Assembly (NCBI GenBank): GCA_003134215.1
Contig: PLAD01000145.1
Span: 1-41,774, forward strand
DNA from: Armatimonadota bacterium
GTDB lineage: Bacteria > Armatimonadota > Armatimonadia > Armatimonadales > Capsulimonadaceae
Length of the DNA stretch: 41,774 bases
Direction: 5' to 3'
The notes under the pieces were generated by a model. The model searched no databases. It saw only the letters and a list, made by a program, of their open reading frames with translations, and was not told the DNA's origin. Shown here piece by piece: positions 17,593 through 26,550 of this stretch. The position numbers and the translations under genes were made by a program. The stretch's first letter is position 1. Each line of letters starts with the position of its first letter.

Positions 17593-18468
17593 TCAGTAGT
17601 CGACCGGACGGAGGTAGAAGTCGTTAATGGCTGTACTGGACAGCATCGCGACTGTAGGCAGGTGGCGCTTCCAATGGGTGCCGTCAAGTCTCTTTTTGAC
17701 TATATCGACATGTTCGCGCTCGAAGCCCATTTCAATCATTCTCTCCGGCGTGTAGCCCCGGACGAGGTAGCTCAGCACTTTGTCGGCAAGTTCGTATTTA
17801 ATGCCGAAGTCCGATTCGTCGGTCTGACCCACCACAAGGTCTGCAGAAGCAGGCTTATCCACAATTACTGTTGGAACACCAATGTATTTCGAAAGCTTCC
17901 ATACCTGTGTCTTGTAAAGGTCCCCGAGAGGGTTTATTGGCGGAGAATCGTCGGCGTGCCATGTAAAGTAGCCGAATAGCCGCTCAGTTTTATTTCCCGT
18001 CCCGATTGGAAGTGCTCTGTATTTTTCGGATTGGTCGAATAAAACGATCATTCGCATACGTGCCATAACATTGCCGCGCCGCCGACCGTCCGCTTCGGGC
18101 GCAAACGACTTCAGGTAACCGTCGACCGCTTCTGTAATTTCAACTGTATGAAGATTGACGCCTAAGTCGTCTGCAACAAGCTTTGCGTGCTCGAGGGACT
18201 CACACGAAGATGAACGATATGGCATTCTGATACAGTGAACGTTCTCCGGCCCGATGGCGCGAGCACAAAGATAGGCCACAAGAGCAGAATCCACACCGCC
18301 CGAGAGCCCCACCACCGCCTTGGAGAATCCCCGTCGGCGGACGAGTTCATCGCGGATGAAGTCTATCAACCACTCGGACACGAGCTGTTCGTTAATCGCT
18401 AGGGGCGACTCGCTGTTGGGATCGATTTTAGGTTGTTCGATTACATCGTACATACGTCTGTCTTTCAC
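17593..18468 (-). CDS. nadE: NAD+ synthetase (synthetase / ATP-pyrophosphatase subunit)
   Basis: P-loop SGGxDS motif (VVGLSGGVDSALVAYL) and NadE-like remainder. GTG start overlaps the CN-hydrolase stop (GTGA). Confidence 0.9.
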   Translation of the reverse strand: MKDRRMYDVIEQPKIDPNSESPLAINEQLVSEWLIDFIRDELVRRRGFSKAVVGLSGGVDSALVAYLCARAIGPENVHCIRMPYRSSSCESLEHAKLVADDLGVNLHTVEITEAVDGYLKSFAPEADGRRRGNVMARMRMIVLFDQSEKYRALPIGTGNKTERLFGYFTWHADDSPPINPLGDLYKTQVWKLSKYIGVPTVIVDKPASADLVVGQTDESDFGIKYELADKVLSYLVRGYTPERMIEMGFEREHVDIVKKRLDGTHWKRHLPTVAMLSSTAINDFYLRPVDY

Positions 18469-19370
18469 ACACGCCCTGTGCGTTCAATTTGATCTATCTC
18501 GCGACGTACATCCGCGAGATTTGCCTCCAGGTCGGCAAGCATCGGCGACGTTGCGCGAGCGACGCTGACATCATCGAGGTCTACTTCAGCATGGAGCAGT
18601 GCTTCTTTGCCGACCGGTCCTTCCAATCGAGTTACGGCGAAAGGATCGACGACAAGCGAGCAGCCAACAAATCCTTTGCCGCCTTCAAACCCGACCAATC
18701 CGGTTTGAATGACCCAAATGTTATGTTCGGCCGCAATATTGTAGACAAGCTGTTTCCACTGTGAGACATTGCCAATCAGCACTTCGCCAAAGCCGCGCGC
18801 AGGTGAAGCGCTTACGATATAGAGAATTTGCGCCCCCTTAAGTGCGGCGATCATCGGCGTGATGGAATGCCAGGCGTCCTCACAAATTAACACGGCTGCT
18901 TTCACCTGGCCGAAGCGAGTAGTGAACGAATCGATCGTCCTTCCGCGGCTGACAAATCGTTTTTCGTCGAATACGCCGTAGGTAGGTAAAAAGAACTTGC
19001 GGTGGACATGAACGATCTTCGGCGTGTCAACGCCCTCTCCGGTCCCGAGTGTTGCATAGAGGCAGGAGTTATAATATTTACGCTCCCATTGCTCGTAGAA
19101 GCCGACGACAATATCTAATGACCGGTCCGGGCCGTGTTCCAGATACTGTGCGTTAAGTTCAGCAAAGATTTCTTCTTTTGTTCGCGCAACCTCGCGTACT
19201 CCGCCTTCAAGGAAATAACCCGACATTGCCGTTTCCGGCAGTGTCAGCACATCCACATCGATGGCAGATTCTCGAATTTGGGCGAAGATCTTTCCGATCT
19301 GTGACAAATTTGCCCGGTAATCGCCCTTGTTCGGCTTGATTTGCGCAGCCAACACCGACAACTTCAGCAT
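18465..19370 (-). CDS. Carbon-nitrogen hydrolase (glutaminase partner of NadE, encoded separately)
   Basis: Nitrilase-superfamily E-K-C context: LTLPETAMSGY, HVHRKFFLPTYGVFDE, AVLICEDAWH. It sits immediately upstream of nadE, in the domain order of fused Gln-dependent NAD synthetases. Confidence 0.85.
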   Translation of the reverse strand: MLKLSVLAAQIKPNKGDYRANLSQIGKIFAQIRESAIDVDVLTLPETAMSGYFLEGGVREVARTKEEIFAELNAQYLEHGPDRSLDIVVGFYEQWERKYYNSCLYATLGTGEGVDTPKIVHVHRKFFLPTYGVFDEKRFVSRGRTIDSFTTRFGQVKAAVLICEDAWHSITPMIAALKGAQILYIVSASPARGFGEVLIGNVSQWKQLVYNIAAEHNIWVIQTGLVGFEGGKGFVGCSLVVDPFAVTRLEGPVGKEALLHAEVDLDDVSVARATSPMLADLEANLADVRREIDQIERTGRV

Positions 19371-19411
19371 GCCTTATTGTACCCGCGCACGAATCCGGCT
19401 GGCTCACAATT

Positions 19412-21220
19412 TCAGCCACCCGTATTGGTCCGTTGGGAGATCACCTCGTATTGACCGTCTGGAGAGCGATACTTGAGTGTCAAACCTTTGCCAAGATCAC
19501 TTTGGATAATCGCACTTTCATACGGCTGATCACTGGTCATGTTCGGGTCTAAAATCAAGTCTCCGATACCTTTCGTTCTCATCCAAGCCTCGACCTGCAG
19601 TCGAGTACTCAGGCTGATCGATGCGTCGCTTAAGTCGACAAAAACCCGTTTCGACATTGTGGCAGCGCCCGGGTCGTAGCCTGCGACAGCGCCTGTCGAC
19701 CGGCTGTTTTCGATATAGACCGACGCAGCCGCCTCGTCGGAATTTCCTGGACCGGGAGGAGCCGAGAAATCAATTGGCCAGTGTACTAGTATCGCAAGGG
19801 CGAAGAGGAGGACAAATTGCGTTACTCTCGCAATAAACCGGAATCGAGTACTCGAAAGTCGCCTCTCATTCGATAGAAAAGACACTGCTACCGGCAGTGC
19901 GGCTGCGAATGTTCCGTAAAGAAGGTCAGTCTGCTGTAACACGAAACCGCCTAATACGAATGGAAAGTTCACAAAGGCGATTATAAAAGCCTGAACAACC
20001 CTCGACTTCCTCAACGTCACGCTCAGACCAACCGCCGAAAGGGCAGTTAGTGTGACGATCGGCAGCAAAAAGTAGCCTTCCCGGAAGAACGTGAAGAAAT
20101 AACAGCATAGGTGCAGGTGCCAAAGTGCCAGTACTATTGCCTGGTCGAAATTCTTCTGATCGATCAGGATGACCATGCCGCACAGAGCGGCACCAAGCAG
20201 GAGCGTGGTAAATCCATACGACCAGTCGCTGTCATTGACAAACTCTAGAACCGTCTCCGGCAGATACCGGATCAGGTGCACCAACCTGATTAAATAACTA
20301 TGAGGATGGTGGACCACAGCATCGACAATTGACCAATGGTTCGATGCTCCAACACCGTAGGTTCGATTCGACATGACGAAACCCTCATCGTAGGGGTCCC
20401 AGTCGCTGTGATGAATTGGGTTGAAGTAAGCGATGCCCTCACCCTGTTGAAAGGCTTCGTATGTGCGCTCTTGAAGTCCAAGTTGTACGGAACCTGTTTC
20501 AATCTTTGTGAGTAGGAGATACCCGCCGGTCACCAGCACAAATGGCAGCAAGGCCGCGACGGTAATTTTGGCGAGTCTCGTCAGCTTTCGGTCGAGCGTT
20601 ATGTCGACACCGCTGTTGGCCCATCGATGTTCGATGATGAGCACAGCAATCAGGAAGCAAAGCTCCATCACCACCCCGTCGTCGCGTGTCATTGCTGCAA
20701 GCGCAAGGATTAACGAGACGGCAGCTATATGCACAAGCCGGCGGCTCTGCAGGTAATTCAAGGCGAACCCCAATGCAATTCCTGAAAGACAGGCAAAAAG
20801 TGCATCGGTTGAGTTATTGAGAAGAGTATCGTAAAACGGAAAGCCCAGCAGCAGTATAGCGGCAAATACAGCTCCTGATCTGGGAAGGAGACGGTTTGAT
20901 ACAAAATAGCCGACCGCCCATAGCAGCGTGAAAATAAGGAAATGTCCCAGACGAGCCTCCTGCACAAGCCAAACGGGGGAATGCGCGAACGGAGTGAAGA
21001 GGCACCGGTAAAAAAGGGAAATTAACGGGTTCCAAGCGAACGCAGGCAGCTGAATATGGCCCAGAGTTCGGCCGGAATTGATATATCCGACCTCGTCCCA
21101 ATCGATGTTCTCCAGCGTAATGTAAAAAGTATGGAGATTGAGAAATGCTGAAATGACGTAGCAGGAAAACCAAGCGCAAATATAACGCACGCGCTCAGTT
21201 CGCGCCGGAGGAGTTCTCAT
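19412..21220 (-). CDS. Polytopic membrane protein, GT-C (ArnT/PMT)-like glycosyltransferase candidate
   Basis: More than 10 TM segments. The first loop has an acidic motif WDEVGYINSG, reminiscent of the GT-C DE/DD loop. There is a C-terminal soluble domain. Family assignment is tentative. Confidence 0.45.
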   Translation of the reverse strand: MRTPPARTERVRYICAWFSCYVISAFLNLHTFYITLENIDWDEVGYINSGRTLGHIQLPAFAWNPLISLFYRCLFTPFAHSPVWLVQEARLGHFLIFTLLWAVGYFVSNRLLPRSGAVFAAILLLGFPFYDTLLNNSTDALFACLSGIALGFALNYLQSRRLVHIAAVSLILALAAMTRDDGVVMELCFLIAVLIIEHRWANSGVDITLDRKLTRLAKITVAALLPFVLVTGGYLLLTKIETGSVQLGLQERTYEAFQQGEGIAYFNPIHHSDWDPYDEGFVMSNRTYGVGASNHWSIVDAVVHHPHSYLIRLVHLIRYLPETVLEFVNDSDWSYGFTTLLLGAALCGMVILIDQKNFDQAIVLALWHLHLCCYFFTFFREGYFLLPIVTLTALSAVGLSVTLRKSRVVQAFIIAFVNFPFVLGGFVLQQTDLLYGTFAAALPVAVSFLSNERRLSSTRFRFIARVTQFVLLFALAILVHWPIDFSAPPGPGNSDEAAASVYIENSRSTGAVAGYDPGAATMSKRVFVDLSDASISLSTRLQVEAWMRTKGIGDLILDPNMTSDQPYESAIIQSDLGKGLTLKYRSPDGQYEVISQRTNTGG

Positions 21221-21773
21221 CTAAGGTTTCTGCATTCTCCAGATTTCTTTTCAGCTCTTCCACCACAGAAAGCGGGTCGGTATTCTGCGCCATTAACTCC
21301 GCTTCAGGGTCGCGTCGATTGCGCACGTTAGGCAGGTCCTTGCGCAGCTCTTCGACGAGGACAATTAGTTTGGTGATCTTTTGCTCCGCAAGCAGATTCA
21401 CTTGAATGTCTAAATGAGACCGCTGTTCGGCCAGAGCCGCCTGACGATTTTGCGTGAACAGCACCATCGTTGTGACAATCAACGCCGACAAACTGACTGC
21501 GCCTTGCAGCCATTCAAATGGGGGACGATCGAACTGCGGCCACCTGTGCGCCGGGGCCGCTCCGTTGTAAACGATCCAACTGGCGACTGCTCCGAGCATC
21601 AGATAGAGAAATAGCGGCCGGCCGATGTTCCTTGTAAAGGCTTCGATGATCCGTTGATGGCGGGGGGTGGAACGGACTGAGCTCGCATGCAGCGCGACGA
21701 TAGCTTCAATGTTTGTTGCGACCTGTTCATTCGACAGACCGGAGCTATTTGCGGTCGATTGACTGTTAGTCAC
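21195..21773 (-). CDS. DUF1003-family membrane protein
   Basis: The segment FDRPPFEWLQGAVSLSALIVTTMVLFTQNRQAALAEQRSHLDIQVNLLAEQKI matches the DUF1003 pattern (fD.yPf..L....S......I...QNRq). Confidence 0.6.
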   Translation of the reverse strand: MTNSQSTANSSGLSNEQVATNIEAIVALHASSVRSTPRHQRIIEAFTRNIGRPLFLYLMLGAVASWIVYNGAAPAHRWPQFDRPPFEWLQGAVSLSALIVTTMVLFTQNRQAALAEQRSHLDIQVNLLAEQKITKLIVLVEELRKDLPNVRNRRDPEAELMAQNTDPLSVVEELKRNLENAETLDENSSGAN

Positions 21774-21777
21774 CGGG

Positions 21778-22449
21778 TCAGAGTGTTTCAGCTGCCGTTC
21801 GTATTTCGGCGAGAGCTGCTGCAGGCCCTGAAATGTGTGAGAATACTGCGCTCCCGGCGATCAAAACATCTGCGCCTGCTTTTACTACGAACGGGGCCGT
21901 TTTCGCGCTGATGCCTCCATCGACGCCGATTTCGAAATCGAGGCCGTCGCGCTCTTCAAGCCGTCGCAACGCGATAATCTTTGGAATCATGCTGTGCAAG
22001 AACGACTGACCGCCGAATCCCGGGTTGACTGTCATAATCAGAACCCTGTCTACCAACGGCAGCACCCATTCAATCAACTCAATGGGTGTTCCCGGGTTTA
22101 AAGCGACACCGGCTTTCATTCCGGCGTCATGAATTTGACCGAGTACCCGATGAATATGGTAAGTTGCCTCAGGATGAATTGTGAGCATGTCGCTTCCGGC
22201 TTCGGCAAATTCTTCAACAACTGATTCGGGGCGTTCGATCATAAGGTGAACATCAAACTTGGCATCGCTCCGCTTGCGAAGCGCTCGGACTAGATCTGGC
22301 CCGAAAGTTAAATTTGGAACATAGTGATTGTCCATAATATCAAAGTGCAGATATTCAGCGCCTGCGTCACGTACTTTGACCGCATCGTCTGCAAATGCGC
22401 CAAAGTCAGCAGCAAGCAGGGATGGGCTGAGTTTGACAGGCTTTGACAT
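21778..22449 (-). CDS. rpe: Ribulose-phosphate 3-epimerase
   Basis: PSLLAADF, HFDIMDNHYVPNLTFGP, MTVNPGFGGQSF and VDGGI motifs. Confidence 0.93.
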   Translation of the reverse strand: MSKPVKLSPSLLAADFGAFADDAVKVRDAGAEYLHFDIMDNHYVPNLTFGPDLVRALRKRSDAKFDVHLMIERPESVVEEFAEAGSDMLTIHPEATYHIHRVLGQIHDAGMKAGVALNPGTPIELIEWVLPLVDRVLIMTVNPGFGGQSFLHSMIPKIIALRRLEERDGLDFEIGVDGGISAKTAPFVVKAGADVLIAGSAVFSHISGPAAALAEIRTAAETL

Positions 22450-22450
22450 A

Positions 22451-24451
22451 TTACTTAGTATCCTGGCGAATAAGTTTTCCGTCTATAAAGATCCGGAAGA
22501 TAATCTTGTTACCGAATCCGATGACGGAATCGTCGACGATATCGTCGCTGTCGCGGTCTTGGTCGTAGACGATATTTGTGCCGGTGGTATCCTGGACTTC
22601 GATCTGACAATTGTGCGGCCCATTAGATGGAACCCGGAACCGAATTTCAAAGCGTCTCTGTTTTGGAGCGCTGGGGTCAATTGGAGCGCTGGAACTATTA
22701 TCCGAGTTATCGGTTGGCGGCGCCGTGTCCTCCACAGGCGGCGCGCCTTCGATCATGGTGGTAGCTTTCGCCGGGTCGCTCTGTGTGGACTCTCCGTTTT
22801 CATTCACACCGGTGACTGTGTATGAGTGGCTTTCCCCCGGCTGCAAGTTGACATCAGAGTAAGCGGCCTGCGGGAGGCCGGACTGCAGCTTAACACCGTC
22901 TCGATAGATATTATATGTGACCGCGTCAGGATCGTCATTCCACGTCAAGTCGATTTCACCGTCCAACGAACTGGTGGCTGATAGTCCTGTCGGCGCTCCC
23001 GGCGGCGGCGGTCCCTTGCTAACAACGATGTTGACCGGCGTGTCGTGCGCGATGTTGGAGCTTGCAGTTGGCTCCTCGCTAACCACAATGCCTTTAGCAA
23101 TCGCTTCGTCGTAGTTGTATGTAATTGTCCCTTGCGGCAAGCCGGACTGAGCCAGCGTTTCGGTCGCCCTCCCGAGAGTCATCTGACTGAGATCCGGAAC
23201 AGTAATAAGTCGAGGACCGTCACTCACCGAAACGCTCACATCTTTGCCGGCCTTTATTGATCTCCCAGGCGCGGGATCTTCCTGATAAATCGAGCCCGCC
23301 GGCAGGACATCACTGTAGTCATCCTCTGACTTTACAAGATTAAAGTGGCCTGACTGAGCAATTTTTTGGGCGTCGCTGAACTGTTTGCCGATGAGGTTTG
23401 GGACGACAATATCTGACGGAACGCTGAACATCGTGAAAAGATACGCTCCGGCGAACACAAGCCCTAAGACGATGACGCCGAGAACCATCAACAGGAACTT
23501 GCCCCAAACAGGATAATCGGATTCCTCGTACTCTTCCGTATCGCGCTCCATGCGCCCAGTCTTCATCATAGTGTTTTCGTCCGCGTCCGCCAAGGGCTTC
23601 GGATTCGCCGGGACAGCTTTGGCCGCAGTGCGCCCAGCAACGGAATTCGACGAAGCACCAAGAGGAGACCAGCCAAGCGACTTTCCTGTCTTCAAGTCTT
23701 CTCGTGCGTTTTGCAGATCAGTAAGTATCTGCGATATATCAGTATACTGTCTCGCTGTATCAAGCCTGGTAGCCTTCTTAACGATTCCGTCGAGCGCGGG
23801 AGGGACTCCTGAGTTGAGAGCTTTAGGAGAGTGATCGTTGGCGACATCCAGCTGATCGGGAGCGACGCCGGTGAGCATTTCGTATAGAATAAGTCCTACT
23901 GCTCTCCGATCGTCACGATTGAATGATTCTCTACCTAGCGCTGAGTAGACTGCCGCAGCGATCTGAAATTCGCCGACTTTCACAAGTCCTTCCGGGGTCA
24001 ACACGACATACTCAGGCTTCAATGCAAGATGCGGATAGCCAGCCGTTTCTGATCGAATTAAGGCGTGGCAGATTGAGATCGCGATGTCCAGACTGACTGC
24101 CAGGCTGAACGGAGCTACCCGCCTAATTCTTTCTCGAAGCGATATTCCCCGGGTGAACTCACTGACGAGATAGACACCGTTTTGAATTCCGGGTTCTCCG
24201 CTTAGCTCGGATAGACCGTAAAACAGCAGAATATTAGACGAAATAGGCAAGGAAGCAGCGCGGTCAGCTGCGGCTCTTACCGACGGAGTGTCGGCTTCCG
24301 GCGGCAGCAAGTCAAGCCAAACTAATCGAGGTTCTTGTCCATCTTCCGATTTTGGCAGCACCCTCGCCTTATACGAGAGCCGTGTAATATCCTCGTCGGT
24401 GACAGGCTGGCTATCGATAATTTCGTAGCGTTCGTTTAGAATGCTCGCCAT
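22451..24451 (-). CDS. PknB-like transmembrane protein with a degenerate (pseudo)kinase domain, 2 PASTA domains, Fn3 and a C-terminal beta domain
   Basis: The kinase-fold N-terminus (LNERYEIID...LILYEMLTG) lacks the Gly-rich loop. It has HLALKPEY instead of HRDLKPEN (24031-24023) and EFQ instead of DFG (23971-23963). A TM helix FLLMVLGVIVLGLVFAGAYLF follows. The two PASTA repeats are VPNLIGKQFSDAQ... and VPDLSQMTLGRAT.... The Fn3 domain reads PTGLSATSSLDGEIDLTWNDDPDAVTYNIYRDG. Confidence 0.75.
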   Translation of the reverse strand: MASILNERYEIIDSQPVTDEDITRLSYKARVLPKSEDGQEPRLVWLDLLPPEADTPSVRAAADRAASLPISSNILLFYGLSELSGEPGIQNGVYLVSEFTRGISLRERIRRVAPFSLAVSLDIAISICHALIRSETAGYPHLALKPEYVVLTPEGLVKVGEFQIAAAVYSALGRESFNRDDRRAVGLILYEMLTGVAPDQLDVANDHSPKALNSGVPPALDGIVKKATRLDTARQYTDISQILTDLQNAREDLKTGKSLGWSPLGASSNSVAGRTAAKAVPANPKPLADADENTMMKTGRMERDTEEYEESDYPVWGKFLLMVLGVIVLGLVFAGAYLFTMFSVPSDIVVPNLIGKQFSDAQKIAQSGHFNLVKSEDDYSDVLPAGSIYQEDPAPGRSIKAGKDVSVSVSDGPRLITVPDLSQMTLGRATETLAQSGLPQGTITYNYDEAIAKGIVVSEEPTASSNIAHDTPVNIVVSKGPPPPGAPTGLSATSSLDGEIDLTWNDDPDAVTYNIYRDGVKLQSGLPQAAYSDVNLQPGESHSYTVTGVNENGESTQSDPAKATTMIEGAPPVEDTAPPTDNSDNSSSAPIDPSAPKQRRFEIRFRVPSNGPHNCQIEVQDTTGTNIVYDQDRDSDDIVDDSVIGFGNKIIFRIFIDGKLIRQDTK

Positions 24452-24478
24452 GTTGTTCTACATTGCTTGGGCACGAGG

Positions 24479-24751
24479 CTAATTTTTATCCTGTGTTCGA
24501 GTTACCGATGTTATTGGAGCTGATCGCGCCTGTCGCTGGCGTGACAGTCTTAAAGATACTGAAAGAACCGATAGCAAGACCATCAGAGCATAGACCGGGG
24601 CTAGAACTTCAGCCGATCGGCCAAGACTGGGATTAATTATTGGGCCGTAGTAAGCTGCCGAAACGACGATAATCCAAAAAGTCAAAACAAGGTCAGCGCC
24701 GCGTCCAATTCGCGGAGCCTCACTCACCGAGTTTTCCAGTTCTTGGTTCAT
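24479..24751 (-). CDS. Small membrane protein (90 aa, 2 TM), unknown function
   Basis: ORF lies between aroB and the pseudokinase on the same strand, with gaps of 15 and 27 nt. Two hydrophobic helices. Confidence 0.4.
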   Translation of the reverse strand: MNQELENSVSEAPRIGRGADLVLTFWIIVVSAAYYGPIINPSLGRSAEVLAPVYALMVLLSVLSVSLRLSRQRQARSAPITSVTRTQDKN

Positions 24752-24766
24752 CTTTAAATGATTGCA

Positions 24767-25978
24767 TCAAAGCTTGCGCTGGCGAAGCAATGCTGCCTTA
24801 ATTATATCATTGGATACATCATGTCCTGCGGTGGCTTTGCCCAAACGTTCCAGCAGTACAAACCGGGCCGATCCTCCGACTGACTTTTTATCCAGCGCTG
24901 TGACTCGAATAACATCGTTAGGATAGATTCGCTCGTCAAGGTGAAACGGAAAGCCGGCCTTCTGCAGCACGTCAAGAATGGCGGATGTAGCCGAAGGAGG
25001 AGTAATTCCCATCTCTTCGCCGATTAAACAGGCGCTGACCATGCCAACGGCGACCGCTTCACCATGCCGATAAACGTGATAGCCGGTAAGGGCCTCTACC
25101 GCATGACCTACCGTATGCCCGAAGTTCAAGATTGCACGGATACCATTGTCACGTTCATCTTGCTCGACTACTCTTGCCTTTATCTTTATTGAAGTCGCAA
25201 TTGCCGATTCCAGTCGGTTGGATGACAAACGAAGCATCCCGGTTACATCTTCTGCAACGAATTTGAAGAAATCTGCGTCCGCGATAGCGCCGCATTTAAT
25301 TATTTCGGCAAGTCCGGATCGCCGCTCGCGGAATGGGAGCGAACTAAGAGTAACCGGATCGGCAACAACAACTCGGGGCTGATAAAAAGCTCCAATAAGA
25401 TTTTTGGCCTGCTCCAGATTGACGCCAACTTTGCCGCCGACACTGCTGTCGACTTGAGCAAGCAGCGTCGTGGGCACTTGAACGAAATCTAACCCGCGCT
25501 GATAGGTTGCCGCAACGTATCCAGCAACATCGCCGATAACGCCGCCGCCGACGGCGACGATCACGGTTCGACGATCGACGGCCTGATCATAGAGAATACG
25601 GTAAATTCGCCGCACCGTCTGCAGCGTTTTATAGGTTTCGCCCGCAACCAGAACGATCGGCAGGTAGGTAAAGCCGGCGTCTTCAAGGCTGGCCTGGACA
25701 ATCTTGCCGTAATAGTTTTCTATTTTAGGGTTGATCAAAACTGCGGCGACTCTGCCCTCGGCCCCGGAAGTCAGCTTCAGATCTTTCAGAACGATAGAAC
25801 CAAGCTTGCTCAGACTGTTTCGCTCAATATAGATGTTGTACGAACGTTTATCGAGATTTACTCGAACTGTCTCAGGTTTCGGGGCCGTAGGTGATTTTCC
25901 GTTTGACTTCGCTGGGCTATGTCTTATACTTCTGATAGTAGTAATATCCATTTTATTTCGGTCCGCTCCTATGCGCAC
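24767..25978 (-). CDS. aroB: 3-dehydroquinate synthase
   Basis: GGGVIGDVAGYVAATYQRG, VPTTLLAQVDSSVGGK and FGHTVGHAVE motifs. There is an N-terminal extension of about 35 aa; an alternative ATG at 25951 would remove the overlap with aroK. Confidence 0.9.
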   Translation of the reverse strand: MRIGADRNKMDITTIRSIRHSPAKSNGKSPTAPKPETVRVNLDKRSYNIYIERNSLSKLGSIVLKDLKLTSGAEGRVAAVLINPKIENYYGKIVQASLEDAGFTYLPIVLVAGETYKTLQTVRRIYRILYDQAVDRRTVIVAVGGGVIGDVAGYVAATYQRGLDFVQVPTTLLAQVDSSVGGKVGVNLEQAKNLIGAFYQPRVVVADPVTLSSLPFRERRSGLAEIIKCGAIADADFFKFVAEDVTGMLRLSSNRLESAIATSIKIKARVVEQDERDNGIRAILNFGHTVGHAVEALTGYHVYRHGEAVAVGMVSACLIGEEMGITPPSATSAILDVLQKAGFPFHLDERIYPNDVIRVTALDKKSVGGSARFVLLERLGKATAGHDVSNDIIKAALLRQRKL

Positions 25979-26550
25979 TTTTCCAATATGGCCTCGGCGA
26001 CGACAGAGGCATGTACATCATGAACACTGTCGAACACAAAATCGGCGAGATTCTCGTAAACGGAGTTTCGCTCCTCGCAAAGTCTCGTCATGCGTTCATG
26101 GATGCTGAGGTCGTCCTGAGAAAGCAGCGGCCTAACGGCTATTTTGCGCTCCACTCGTTTGACCAGCGTCTCGGGATCTGCGCGCAGCCAGACGATTGAA
26201 CCAATCTGGCGCAGTAAAGCGGCGTTCTCGTCGCGAAGCGGCAAACCTCCCCCTGTCGACAAAATGAGCCTACGGTTTGGAGGTCGCTGCTTAATGCGCC
26301 TGACAACGTCGGTCTCCGCGTCCCGAAAGTACGCCTCGCCTTTTTCGGCGAACAACTGAGCGATTGTCATGTTTTCCCGCCGCTCGATCTCGCCGTCCGT
26401 GTCCAGGTGTAACGCGTGCAGCCGGTTGGCAATCAATCGTCCAACGGTAGTTTTACCAGTGCCCATCAAGCCAATGAGGACAATTGCGCGGCGTCGTCGT
26501 CCCCGGTCTTCTGGCTGTCGGCGTGGAACCGGCGGGTTATCGGCCATCAC
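25969..26550 (-). CDS. aroK: Shikimate kinase
   Basis: Walker A LIGLMGTGKTTVGRLIA, followed by DTD...E and STGGG motifs. Confidence 0.9.
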   Translation of the reverse strand: MMADNPPVPRRQPEDRGRRRRAIVLIGLMGTGKTTVGRLIANRLHALHLDTDGEIERRENMTIAQLFAEKGEAYFRDAETDVVRRIKQRPPNRRLILSTGGGLPLRDENAALLRQIGSIVWLRADPETLVKRVERKIAVRPLLSQDDLSIHERMTRLCEERNSVYENLADFVFDSVHDVHASVVAEAILEKCA

